62,894 nt of DNA. Source: a virus (lineage: Duplodnaviria > Caudoviricetes). Within the stretch, counting starts at the first letter, position 1. Every line of letters begins with the position of its first letter. The notes under the pieces are model-generated. The model saw only the letters and a list, made by a program, of their open reading frames with translations. It searched no databases and had not been told where the DNA came from. A program made the position numbers and the translations under genes. Below, piece after piece: positions 18,387 through 27,381 of this stretch. Location of the stretch: positions 1-62,894 of the IMG/VR virus record IMGVR_UViG_3300032295_002704; one strand, given 5' to 3'.

Positions 18387-21300
18387 TTATGTTCCCGTAC
18401 AAACTGGATCTTTAACTCTTGTATCAAACGGTCCTGTGCTACTAACTATGTTATAGTTAGGATATCCAAAAACAGGCGACTTGTCATCCCAATAATCTCT
18501 TAATTCTGGGATAGTTTTCACAGTTGCGGGTAAGGATGGTGCGGGAGCCGTCCAAACTCGATTACCAACCGCGTAACTTACAGTAGTAGAATTATTTAAG
18601 GTAATTGAGCCATTTTGAATAGCGGAGATATTGGCACCGTACCAGTTAAGTATTGTGCTTGAAGTCAAACTGTAGTTGTAGTTTCCTGCTCCATCGCAAT
18701 CTTCAAAAGTAGAAGTGCAAGTAACATCTAAATCATTTGAGCCGTCCGTTACAAAGGGATGTTGACCAAAGATACCACAGGTACCATTGTAATCTTCTGA
18801 AAAAGTAGAACTTTCGCTTCTATTTTCACAAACTGGTAGCGGGAAAGGATAATTATCACAATTTCCGCACGCAACCGTGCCGTCAGGCGTAGCAGGATTT
18901 ACCAAAGAAATACAACTTGGTCCATCACACAAGATATATGAATATCCGCAATCAGGAGAGTCCGTCACAGTTTCCGTCACACATTGCAAATCCTGCGGAT
19001 TGCAGCCACACGAAGTGCGTTCACTATCTAATGCCCAAGTCATACTTCTAGTGCGTTTACCATTTGTATATATTGGAGGATCATAGCAAACTCCCGGCAA
19101 AGACCCGATGCACAAACCAGCAAAAACTGAGTTAGGACAACTTGGACCACCGGCAGTTACAGCATCACAGCCCAATTGTTCTTCTGTAGAATAAGCATAA
19201 CTATACGAAACACTCTGAGTCCAAGGATGTCTTACGTGCTTGGTGTAATAACCATCATTTGTAGCAGGATCACAAGCAAACCACGATTCGCAACACGCAG
19301 TGGAACAGTCTACGTCAATTCTAGTTAAGCTACCGTTGCCAGCAACGTCATCCACAGTAACTTCGCCAATCGATGCCCTAAACAGGGCACAACCATTGGT
19401 AAACGCCGTGTAATCTCTAAACACAATACCAACACCACACATTCTGTCCCAAGAGTCACATGAAAAACAACTGAAACCCGGACATTCATTTGCGGTCGCA
19501 TAGCGAGAATCAGAAGCCTGAATACTTCCTCCGGGAATAGTAAAATACATTGGGCCATCTGCTAAGGTAACTTCGGCAAAGCCAACTTTGGTAAGTTCTG
19601 GGTCATAATTCCAAGGTTTAGTAGTGCAAAGTGCCCCGCAAGTTCTACCAATAACCAGTGCTTCTGGAGTGTTAGAACGGGGAATTTCTTCTTCACGAAC
19701 CTTAACTTCTGACCAGTCAATATATTGACACCAACCATAAAGATTAGATCTAATTACTAAAGTAGATGTCAGTGAATTACAAAAATCATTACTACCCGGT
19801 AATGTTGGATCTGAACCGGCCTGCAAGAAAAATGTCCCATCAGGGTCTTGAACCAAAAAGGGCACTTTGATAAGTAATGGAACGTCACACGATTTAAAAA
19901 AGTTATATTCACAAATATATAATGTTGGCTGTGAAACGGTGTAACCATCCCAACCGGCCTTTGACCAAGTTTCAGCATTTAAACCGTTACGAGGTTGATT
20001 GTATGGATGAGGTAATTCTTCGGATTCTCCATTGTTGCATCGCGAGACAGTGTCACACGGGCATCTTTGAGCGGGTATATACCACTTCGTGATGCAATTG
20101 TTGCTTGAGCAGCCTTGGCTTAAAACATAACCAAGAACAACTTGTCTATCTCCGTCACAATCTAAATTTTCAGTTGCAATTCTGCTTGCCTCTGGTGGAA
20201 TGCAGTAATCTAAGTATGGGTCTTGATCGTAATCATAACCAACGCCATACCAATTACAACGTCTGCGGTGTAAGCCGGGCAAAGTGACAGAAGTTGCAAA
20301 AGAACCACTAAAATCTAAAAGTTGTTCCTTATATGAATAGTTATACTCCGTGGGATTACTTGTTCCATAGGAATAAACCCCAGCAGTTTCGCTGGTATCA
20401 TCGTCGATCCAGTAGTCATACGGAAGTATGGTATTTGCTACGAAAGGGGTGTGTGTTGTCATTGCCCCCGTGAACGTAATGGCATTAATCTCATTAACGA
20501 GATCTTCGTCAGTGTACTCAAGCCCTCCCCTATTTAAGGGAATTCCGGTAGAGGCCACAAACGAACCGCTTACTGACAACTGCATTCTTCCTGTAGCAAC
20601 TCTAACAGAAGCCGTCGCAAACGCCGGATCATCCAACGAGATTGAAATAATGTCCTTAGTGGTGATGGGCATACTTGTCCACCACATGTTATTTTGATTT
20701 TGGACGTTTCCGGGTAACGAAGAAGGATCTTTTGGCAATCTGTCGGCTAACAAAGTACATGCCGGAGGCACATAGGCAACGACGTTTTTATCAAAGACAG
20801 ACCCGTAATACTGGGTCGGTACGAGGGTGGGACTCCAAGCACTATTTAATTCGCTATTACCGTGATAATATGGATAGGCTTTTGGCATTATAATGTTAGA
20901 AGCACTTTGATAACTTTCGTCACCATCTGGTGTTTCTGTATAACCCAAAGTATTACGATCCATTATTTCGGAACTTACGTTGACTACGGTAGAAGCCGGG
21001 AAGTTCCTAACATATTCGCTAGCGATAGCAAAATTGAAAATTTGTACGCCTGTGTAGTTATAGGCCCTCAAAGCATTAACAGCATCAATAAATTGACCGA
21101 TAGTTTTACCGGAAGTTTCAAAAGAAATGTTAACTGGGGCACATTGAGTAGGGCCACTTACAGAAATGCCATTAGTGCAAGAGGCGGGGTCAATTTGTAA
21201 CAACTGATCAATGTCATCGTAACCAGTGATGGAACCGACGTAGTAAGGCACCGGGGCCTTAATTGCTACATACATCTCAATGATTTCGGTTTTTAACCAT

Positions 21301-22820
21301 GTCCCACGGGTTTTCATGAAACCAAAGGGACGATAATCATACCCTACTCGCGGAGTAAAGTAATCAACTGATAAAACGCTGGCCACACCGCTTGTTTCGG
21401 GGTTTTCCACCGTGTTATATGGATATGTCCATGCCAAGTGTGTTTTGTTTTCTAAGCCATTACAATAAGATCCGAATGGACCCCAAGGAACATCGGCATG
21501 AAATAGTGGCAAGAACAATTCATAACTACAGTTACTTGGCATTATTCCGCTTGGAACACTGACATTAGTAGTGTTTGGAGCAGTATGCTTTAACTTATCG
21601 TAGTAGTAATTCTTGTAAAGTCTTCCTTCCATTCCCATAAGGAAAAAGGACGGACTTAAAGAATAACATTTATCATTGTATTTGATTACGCTATTGAGAT
21701 TGCCAAATCTATTTGCAAAGGAGTTCGCGAAGCGATCATAGCCAGAAATAAACGGATTATTGTATTGTGGATAAACAATCTTTCCGCCTACCTGCGGTAC
21801 GCAGTCAACAAACCCGTCATATGCCGTAGGAAATACACCGAAAATGTCACTGTTTTCCCAACGACAGTTGGTATTAGTTCCCCATTCAAAATAGTTTTTA
21901 CCTGCTGCTACAGGATTGTAATATGAGTAGGCTGGGTCATCACCATATTGAAAAACGTCAGGGAATGGGTTAAACCGATCATGCAGGACATAATCAACTT
22001 CTATTTTTTGGAAAGGACGGCCACAACCTAGTTTTAAATCAAAATGTGTAAAGAACGGGGCGGTATAACCAGTGTTATATATTACATCTCTGGCTGCTAA
22101 ACCAAATGCACTATTCATTACAGAAGCTAATCTATTCACAATTGCGTCTGGATCTAAGTCATTAACCATGACATAAGCGTCGGTGATGCCACTGTATTTC
22201 AGATACACTCCGGGAGTTTTTGTTAAAACAACACCGGAATTGCCGGGAATAAGATTTAAAAACTCTTGTTCTGGCTCTATGCACCTAAACGGGAACGTAT
22301 TAACAAAACTTGCTACGGCGTTGACCGTGAAATGGTTATCATAGAAGGTCGCACTTAAATTAGTAATTCTTCCTAAAGTATCGTTAACCGTACCGGTTGC
22401 AGCAAAACTTCTAACGGTATAAGGACCAAGGGCACCGGTAGTACCAATAGTAATTGTTGGTACACCTGCTACAAGGTTATATTGCAGGAAACCGGTCGTG
22501 GCGGGGTCATCCCACTCGACCGTAAAGGCACTTATTGGAGTTGTGCCGGTGCAGTTTTCTAACAGAAATAAACGAAACCGCTGCGTTTCGCAAATTTCAT
22601 ACTGGGTACCTTCGCAAAAGGAATCGTCTTTGACAAATATTCTGTTTTTAAATAGATTGGCATAATCGCCCGTGTTGCAGGTTTCTGTAGGATTAAGCAT
22701 TGCCCCGCAAGGAATGCCTTCCCAATAAGTACCAGTACTCACGGTTTCACAGCAACAATCTATAAAATATCCGCCCCTAACAATGATTTTGTTATCGGCA
22801 TTAGTCCTAAAATAATTCAT
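18387..22820 (-). CDS. Very large Cys-rich putative tail-tip/receptor-binding protein
   Basis: ~1477 aa, IDCCCE near the N-terminus, dozens of Cys in the C-terminal third; ATG at 22820 overlaps upstream TGA. Confidence 0.6.
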   Translation of the reverse strand: MNYFRTNADNKIIVRGGYFIDCCCETVSTGTYWEGIPCGAMLNPTETCNTGDYANLFKNRIFVKDDSFCEGTQYEICETQRFRLFLLENCTGTTPISAFTVEWDDPATTGFLQYNLVAGVPTITIGTTGALGPYTVRSFAATGTVNDTLGRITNLSATFYDNHFTVNAVASFVNTFPFRCIEPEQEFLNLIPGNSGVVLTKTPGVYLKYSGITDAYVMVNDLDPDAIVNRLASVMNSAFGLAARDVIYNTGYTAPFFTHFDLKLGCGRPFQKIEVDYVLHDRFNPFPDVFQYGDDPAYSYYNPVAAGKNYFEWGTNTNCRWENSDIFGVFPTAYDGFVDCVPQVGGKIVYPQYNNPFISGYDRFANSFANRFGNLNSVIKYNDKCYSLSPSFFLMGMEGRLYKNYYYDKLKHTAPNTTNVSVPSGIMPSNCSYELFLPLFHADVPWGPFGSYCNGLENKTHLAWTYPYNTVENPETSGVASVLSVDYFTPRVGYDYRPFGFMKTRGTWLKTEIIEMYVAIKAPVPYYVGSITGYDDIDQLLQIDPASCTNGISVSGPTQCAPVNISFETSGKTIGQFIDAVNALRAYNYTGVQIFNFAIASEYVRNFPASTVVNVSSEIMDRNTLGYTETPDGDESYQSASNIIMPKAYPYYHGNSELNSAWSPTLVPTQYYGSVFDKNVVAYVPPACTLLADRLPKDPSSLPGNVQNQNNMWWTSMPITTKDIISISLDDPAFATASVRVATGRMQLSVSGSFVASTGIPLNRGGLEYTDEDLVNEINAITFTGAMTTHTPFVANTILPYDYWIDDDTSETAGVYSYGTSNPTEYNYSYKEQLLDFSGSFATSVTLPGLHRRRCNWYGVGYDYDQDPYLDYCIPPEASRIATENLDCDGDRQVVLGYVLSQGCSSNNCITKWYIPAQRCPCDTVSRCNNGESEELPHPYNQPRNGLNAETWSKAGWDGYTVSQPTLYICEYNFFKSCDVPLLIKVPFLVQDPDGTFFLQAGSDPTLPGSNDFCNSLTSTLVIRSNLYGWCQYIDWSEVKVREEEIPRSNTPEALVIGRTCGALCTTKPWNYDPELTKVGFAEVTLADGPMYFTIPGGSIQASDSRYATANECPGFSCFSCDSWDRMCGVGIVFRDYTAFTNGCALFRASIGEVTVDDVAGNGSLTRIDVDCSTACCESWFACDPATNDGYYTKHVRHPWTQSVSYSYAYSTEEQLGCDAVTAGGPSCPNSVFAGLCIGSLPGVCYDPPIYTNGKRTRSMTWALDSERTSCGCNPQDLQCVTETVTDSPDCGYSYILCDGPSCISLVNPATPDGTVACGNCDNYPFPLPVCENRSESSTFSEDYNGTCGIFGQHPFVTDGSNDLDVTCTSTFEDCDGAGNYNYSLTSSTILNWYGANISAIQNGSITLNNSTTVSYAVGNRVWTAPAPSLPATVKTIPELRDYWDDKSPVFGYPNYNIVSSTGPFDTRVKDPVCTGT

Positions 22821-22957
22821 CAAAATATCCTGATAATCTCTTTATTTGGCAAATACAGATAAGTTGAATACTCGCTATATGATATATAGTTGGGACTTTC
22901 ACTATCCTCAACTACTTCCAAAATCATAAAACGAGAATCACTTACAATATCGTCCAT
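22820..22957 (-). CDS. Small hypothetical protein (45 aa, not in ORF track)
   Basis: MDDIVSDSRFMILEVVEDSESPNYISYSEYSTYLYLPNKEIIRIF*; fills the gap exactly, TGATG coupling. Confidence 0.6.
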   Translation of the reverse strand: MDDIVSDSRFMILEVVEDSESPNYISYSEYSTYLYLPNKEIIRIF

Positions 22958-22960
22958 ATA

Positions 22961-25066
22961 TTAAGCCTGTACAAAGGTAAATCTAGCAGTGATACCGCTT
23001 GCCAGCGTGGTTGGCGTATAACGGATATAATTGCCAATTGCATCAGCAGAAGCACTCCAAGAATTCCATGTAGTTCCGTCTGTTGAATACTGCCACGTAC
23101 CGTTCGCTGATGCGGTCACAGTATCATCTAGTAATAGAGTGTTTGTTGCAGCATTGTAGATTAACACTCGTAGATTTGGAATATTTGAACCCCAAGCAGC
23201 AACTTGCCTTGCAGCAAAGATCTTGCTTGCAGCACTGCTTTTTGCTACAGAAGGTTGATAATGGCTGTCCATTGAAGTATCTTCATAGACAACGCCTATT
23301 CCGTGAATCTTAGCAGGTACCCCGGTGTCGCCAAACATTCTAAACTCAATCTTGAATTGAATTGCACTGCCAGAACCGTTGATTGTACCTGTGTCAGGTA
23401 CCAAAGTCCACGAACCCGTGTTATCTGTAATGCCAGTTGTACGATAGTAAACCCTGTACGGGGAGCGTGTCAACGCAAATATATCATTACCTGCAAACAA
23501 CGATGCATTCACAAAAACCTTTCGCAATTTATTACAATTTGGTAATGAGATTGAAGGAGTCAAAACCACTTGGTTTGTAGTGTTTGCATATAGCCAGTCT
23601 ACGCCACATGGAACGGCATATAACTGGTGAGTTGTGAGTGTGGCGGTATTCCGTGTAAAATAGTAGATACCACCCTCAGACCAAACTGAAAACGTACTTG
23701 CGTTTATACTTGGAAAGGGAGTTATATCAGAATCCGCCGTACTTTGATCTGTTTGACGTAATTCATTCAGAAAGATATTATCAAATTGATTACTGTTCGT
23801 ATTATATTGGCAAATATATCCTCTAAAGTTAGATGTTAAAATAATAAAACGATCCATAGAATCTGAATAGTCAATACTATTCATTGCGTTCGTAACAATA
23901 AAAGTATTGGTGCCTCCGGGAGGAATTTCTGCCATTGAATCTGCTAAGAAAGTAGTAGATCCAGTCGTTATGGCAGACTCAATAACCCTATAAACACGGG
24001 TCGTAGTTACAAAGTAAAAACATTTTACTCCACTTCCGGGACCGTGACCTGTCGTAACGATACGACCATTATTGGCAGCACTTAGTGTACCGGTTAAAGT
24101 TGGAGAGGCACCGGTTGAGAAAACAAAAGATGCTACAGAACGACCAGCAGACAAAGATGTTAAACTTGCTCTAATGTCGTATTTAAAAATTCTGGCCGTA
24201 GTAGTACCGTCTAAAACCCACACAAAGTGGCTAGTGTTACTACTTGTAGAGTCAAGACCTATGCCTCTGGCAACAGTGTTAGTATTAGTTACTGCATCAG
24301 CAAGCCAGTAAGTGGCACGAACGTTATCTGTGGTTGTCGCATCAGCAATGTTTAAACCAGAACTGTTAAAGATGTTAATATTACAACCCTTAACAAGGAA
24401 TAAACCACCGTTAGTTGCAGTAGCGTTAGTCATTGAACTAACAAACCGAAGTTCTTCAATAACATATGGCGTACCAGAAGCAACAGTGCCAGCAGTTGTT
24501 CCCAATGTTAAACCGGTATCACTGGCAATGGCTGTGATTTGATACCAAGTAGTAATTTGGGTCGGATCAGTTGAGCCAAAGCCAATTCTAGCACCAACGG
24601 CAATTCTTTCAGATTGGAAACCTGTGCCTGAACCTGTGACGGCGGTGCCTGATGCACCAACAGTACCAGTTGTGTGAAGGCTCCTTACCGCTCTAAAACC
24701 AGTTACGGTTTTGTTACCAGCCAAAGTAAAGTTCATAGTAATAAAACCTAGATAGGTAAAAGTATTACTAGGAATGTCATATTCATAAGCGACGATACGA
24801 CGAGTAACGGCAGCGGCAGCGTTATCTACGCCAAAAACCCAGTGTTTTGTGCTTGAAAAAGGAATAACAGATGGGAAAGTGATTGGAACAGCGGTTGCTG
24901 CTTCGCTTGGTCGGGCAACAGCAATTGGCATGGGACCGACGAATTTATCAGCATCGGTGGCTCCGGTTTTCTGCTGAATCAATGAACCCAAAAGGGTTTT
25001 GGTAGAATCATAACTACTAATAGACTGCGTAGTACCGCTAAATTGATGCTCAACTGCAATTTTCAT
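22961..25066 (-). CDS. Tail fibre/tail-tip structural protein
   Basis: Thr/Ser/Gly-rich beta protein with fibre-type TGTVGASGTAVTGSGTGF motif. Confidence 0.6.
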   Translation of the reverse strand: MKIAVEHQFSGTTQSISSYDSTKTLLGSLIQQKTGATDADKFVGPMPIAVARPSEAATAVPITFPSVIPFSSTKHWVFGVDNAAAAVTRRIVAYEYDIPSNTFTYLGFITMNFTLAGNKTVTGFRAVRSLHTTGTVGASGTAVTGSGTGFQSERIAVGARIGFGSTDPTQITTWYQITAIASDTGLTLGTTAGTVASGTPYVIEELRFVSSMTNATATNGGLFLVKGCNINIFNSSGLNIADATTTDNVRATYWLADAVTNTNTVARGIGLDSTSSNTSHFVWVLDGTTTARIFKYDIRASLTSLSAGRSVASFVFSTGASPTLTGTLSAANNGRIVTTGHGPGSGVKCFYFVTTTRVYRVIESAITTGSTTFLADSMAEIPPGGTNTFIVTNAMNSIDYSDSMDRFIILTSNFRGYICQYNTNSNQFDNIFLNELRQTDQSTADSDITPFPSINASTFSVWSEGGIYYFTRNTATLTTHQLYAVPCGVDWLYANTTNQVVLTPSISLPNCNKLRKVFVNASLFAGNDIFALTRSPYRVYYRTTGITDNTGSWTLVPDTGTINGSGSAIQFKIEFRMFGDTGVPAKIHGIGVVYEDTSMDSHYQPSVAKSSAASKIFAARQVAAWGSNIPNLRVLIYNAATNTLLLDDTVTASANGTWQYSTDGTTWNSWSASADAIGNYIRYTPTTLASGITARFTFVQA

Positions 25067-25537
25067 TTAAATATTCCTAATCAAAAGATTAAAGGTTAAA
25101 TCCCTTATCTGTCCTGATATATTTGATACACCCAAAACAATTCTATCACCCAAAACAACGCCTGTCGAAGACCATCCTGTAAAATTACTTCCAGAAGCAA
25201 AAACGGCGTTGTTTAAGCCCGGAATGACTCCCGTGCCAATCATACTAGTAGATACTCCGGCAGAGTTCAACTTGTTAACAGAAATTTGACAGGTGCCCGA
25301 GACATCTGCGTAACATGACCAACCCTGAATAAATCCCGTTGTTCCAACGTAGTGTGTGCTTTTTACACCAGAAGTTATCGGATCTTCACTCATGGCTTGG
25401 AAACCAATAGGACTAACAAGCCCATTAAAGGTAGAACCACTTCCTCCACCCCCACCGCCACCACCTATATCACCAGATATAGCAGCAATGGGAATAGTGC
25501 CAAGTTGAATTTGATTTCCATGTATTTTAGTAGGCAT
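25067..25537 (-). CDS. Small virion structural protein
   Basis: Poly-Gly linker then beta-sandwich-like domain. Confidence 0.55.
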   Translation of the reverse strand: MPTKIHGNQIQLGTIPIAAISGDIGGGGGGGGSGSTFNGLVSPIGFQAMSEDPITSGVKSTHYVGTTGFIQGWSCYADVSGTCQISVNKLNSAGVSTSMIGTGVIPGLNNAVFASGSNFTGWSSTGVVLGDRIVLGVSNISGQIRDLTFNLLIRNI

Positions 25538-27381
25538 TAATAATTCACCACCGCTTGATAAGCAACTCTAAGTTTATCCACACCACTATTTGGTATTGAC
25601 CCGGTCGTAAACACAATAGTTGTACCGCTGACCGTATAATCCTCACTCGCTCCGTAAGATTGTAAAATACCGTTCCTAAACAACATCAATGTACCACTCG
25701 TAAGAGGGGTTCTAGCAAGACCAAAATTAACATTTACTCCGTTAACCAACCCGCTTGGAATTTCGTTCCAAACAAAAGACTGCTGTAAATAACTTGTGTT
25801 AACAACGGTTCCACCGCTTGGAAGCGTTAATACGTTGGTACCAGATGCCGTAGTTATCAGACTAATTGTGGTGGACCCACTCGGGCTATATAGCCTGCAA
25901 CCAGACGTACCAGCACTGAAATGAACAACGCCCGTGGCATCTTTTACTACAAAGGGGTTGCTTGTGCCACCAAATACTTCTTGAACAATTAAAGAGGCAT
26001 CCCCGGTAGCTACAACGTTCTGAAACAAGGCTCTGTTGTAAAAAGTAGTTCCTACAGAAGTTAAGCCAAATCCAATATTGCCACTGGCGACTGCTAACAG
26101 GCCACTGGAATTGGTGTGGTGAAAACCGAAATTACCATTTGTTCCGAAAGCAACAGAGGGATTAGAAACGGTGCCATTAGCAAATCTTTGTTGGTTTTGC
26201 CAGACTTTCAAACCGCTCACAGTTTGCGTACCGGTTAAACCAACAAAGGTAATTCCACTGGCACCAGTACCACCTTGACTGATTGACAGTGGAGTTGTCA
26301 GTCCAGACAGCACATTGATGTTTGAGTTTACGCCAGCTACAACCGTGGCAGTTCCACTTAAGTTGACTGTCCAAGTAGTATCTGTGTAACTAACACTAAG
26401 ACCTGTACCGGGAATGAATTCTTTAGAAGTAATCGTCCTTTCACCTGAACCCATTATGAAATAGTTCGGGAAAGTGTCTTCATCCATCGCAACGTTGGGA
26501 GCTTTACCAATAATTGGCGAAATAACTTCGTCAGTACTACAACCAGTTACAGCCAATGCCTCAGTAGCCCAAAGAACAATTCTAGGCATACCACTAATAG
26601 TGGCATTCATTAAGAAGGCCCTACTGCCTGTGGGTAGTGCCTGAACCAAGTAAGTAGCGTTTAAGTGGGGGCCATAATTAGGAATGCCAGTCAGCGATAA
26701 TTTATTGGCTTCGCCGTCTTCCAAACGAACGTCATAACGAATAGTATTTGCTACATAAGCACCATCTGCTGTAGAACCGCTCACAGTGGCGTTTTCCACC
26801 ACACATGGCATCACACCAAAGGGAACGGTCCAAACGCCCCTGTAGGGATCTATACGCAAATCTAGAGGTCCAGCAAAAAAGTTTTCTGCACGAACATCAG
26901 AACCCCTAGTAGAAGGAAATTCTGATTCTAAATTTAAACCCGAGGCTCCTCTAAAGAATCCACTCGGCAAAACCGAACCATACATGCCACTGACATTATA
27001 GCCTGTGCTTGCATTTGGGTAAGGCTGACCATGGATATCATAACCCCATCCTACGAAGGTAGCAGGGTTTTTGTAACCATAATGGCGTACCCCAGTTGGG
27101 TTAATTGTGACAAAAGAACTTGGGTTAGGGGTTGTCCCATGGATAATGCCTTCGCCAAGAGTGTTCTTACCATATGGGTTTAATCCACTGGCGTTTGCAA
27201 AACCACTGTTATTAGCGGTGCGAGGGACAGCATATCTAGCAACGCCAGTGTAATCAATTTGAGTAGTAAAACCCTTATACCACGAATCCACGTTGCCACC
27301 GAATGCGTTGTACCAGTTTCCACTAGTTTGCAACGTATTTCGATAGCCTTTGGAATCTGTAAGACTGGTTTTTAAACTCAT
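25537..27381 (-). CDS. Tail fibre-like protein
   Basis: LSISQGGTGA, GTVSNPSVAF, EIPSGLVNGVNVNF...FRNGILQ...DYTVSGTTIVF fibre/Ig-like motifs. Confidence 0.65.
   Translation of the reverse strand: MSLKTSLTDSKGYRNTLQTSGNWYNAFGGNVDSWYKGFTTQIDYTGVARYAVPRTANNSGFANASGLNPYGKNTLGEGIIHGTTPNPSSFVTINPTGVRHYGYKNPATFVGWGYDIHGQPYPNASTGYNVSGMYGSVLPSGFFRGASGLNLESEFPSTRGSDVRAENFFAGPLDLRIDPYRGVWTVPFGVMPCVVENATVSGSTADGAYVANTIRYDVRLEDGEANKLSLTGIPNYGPHLNATYLVQALPTGSRAFLMNATISGMPRIVLWATEALAVTGCSTDEVISPIIGKAPNVAMDEDTFPNYFIMGSGERTITSKEFIPGTGLSVSYTDTTWTVNLSGTATVVAGVNSNINVLSGLTTPLSISQGGTGASGITFVGLTGTQTVSGLKVWQNQQRFANGTVSNPSVAFGTNGNFGFHHTNSSGLLAVASGNIGFGLTSVGTTFYNRALFQNVVATGDASLIVQEVFGGTSNPFVVKDATGVVHFSAGTSGCRLYSPSGSTTISLITTASGTNVLTLPSGGTVVNTSYLQQSFVWNEIPSGLVNGVNVNFGLARTPLTSGTLMLFRNGILQSYGASEDYTVSGTTIVFTTGSIPNSGVDKLRVAYQAVVNY

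Noticed and set aside
18387-27381. Diversity-generating retroelement target or invertible fibre cassette
   Set aside because: No reverse transcriptase, invertase or duplicated TR/VR segment seen in the window
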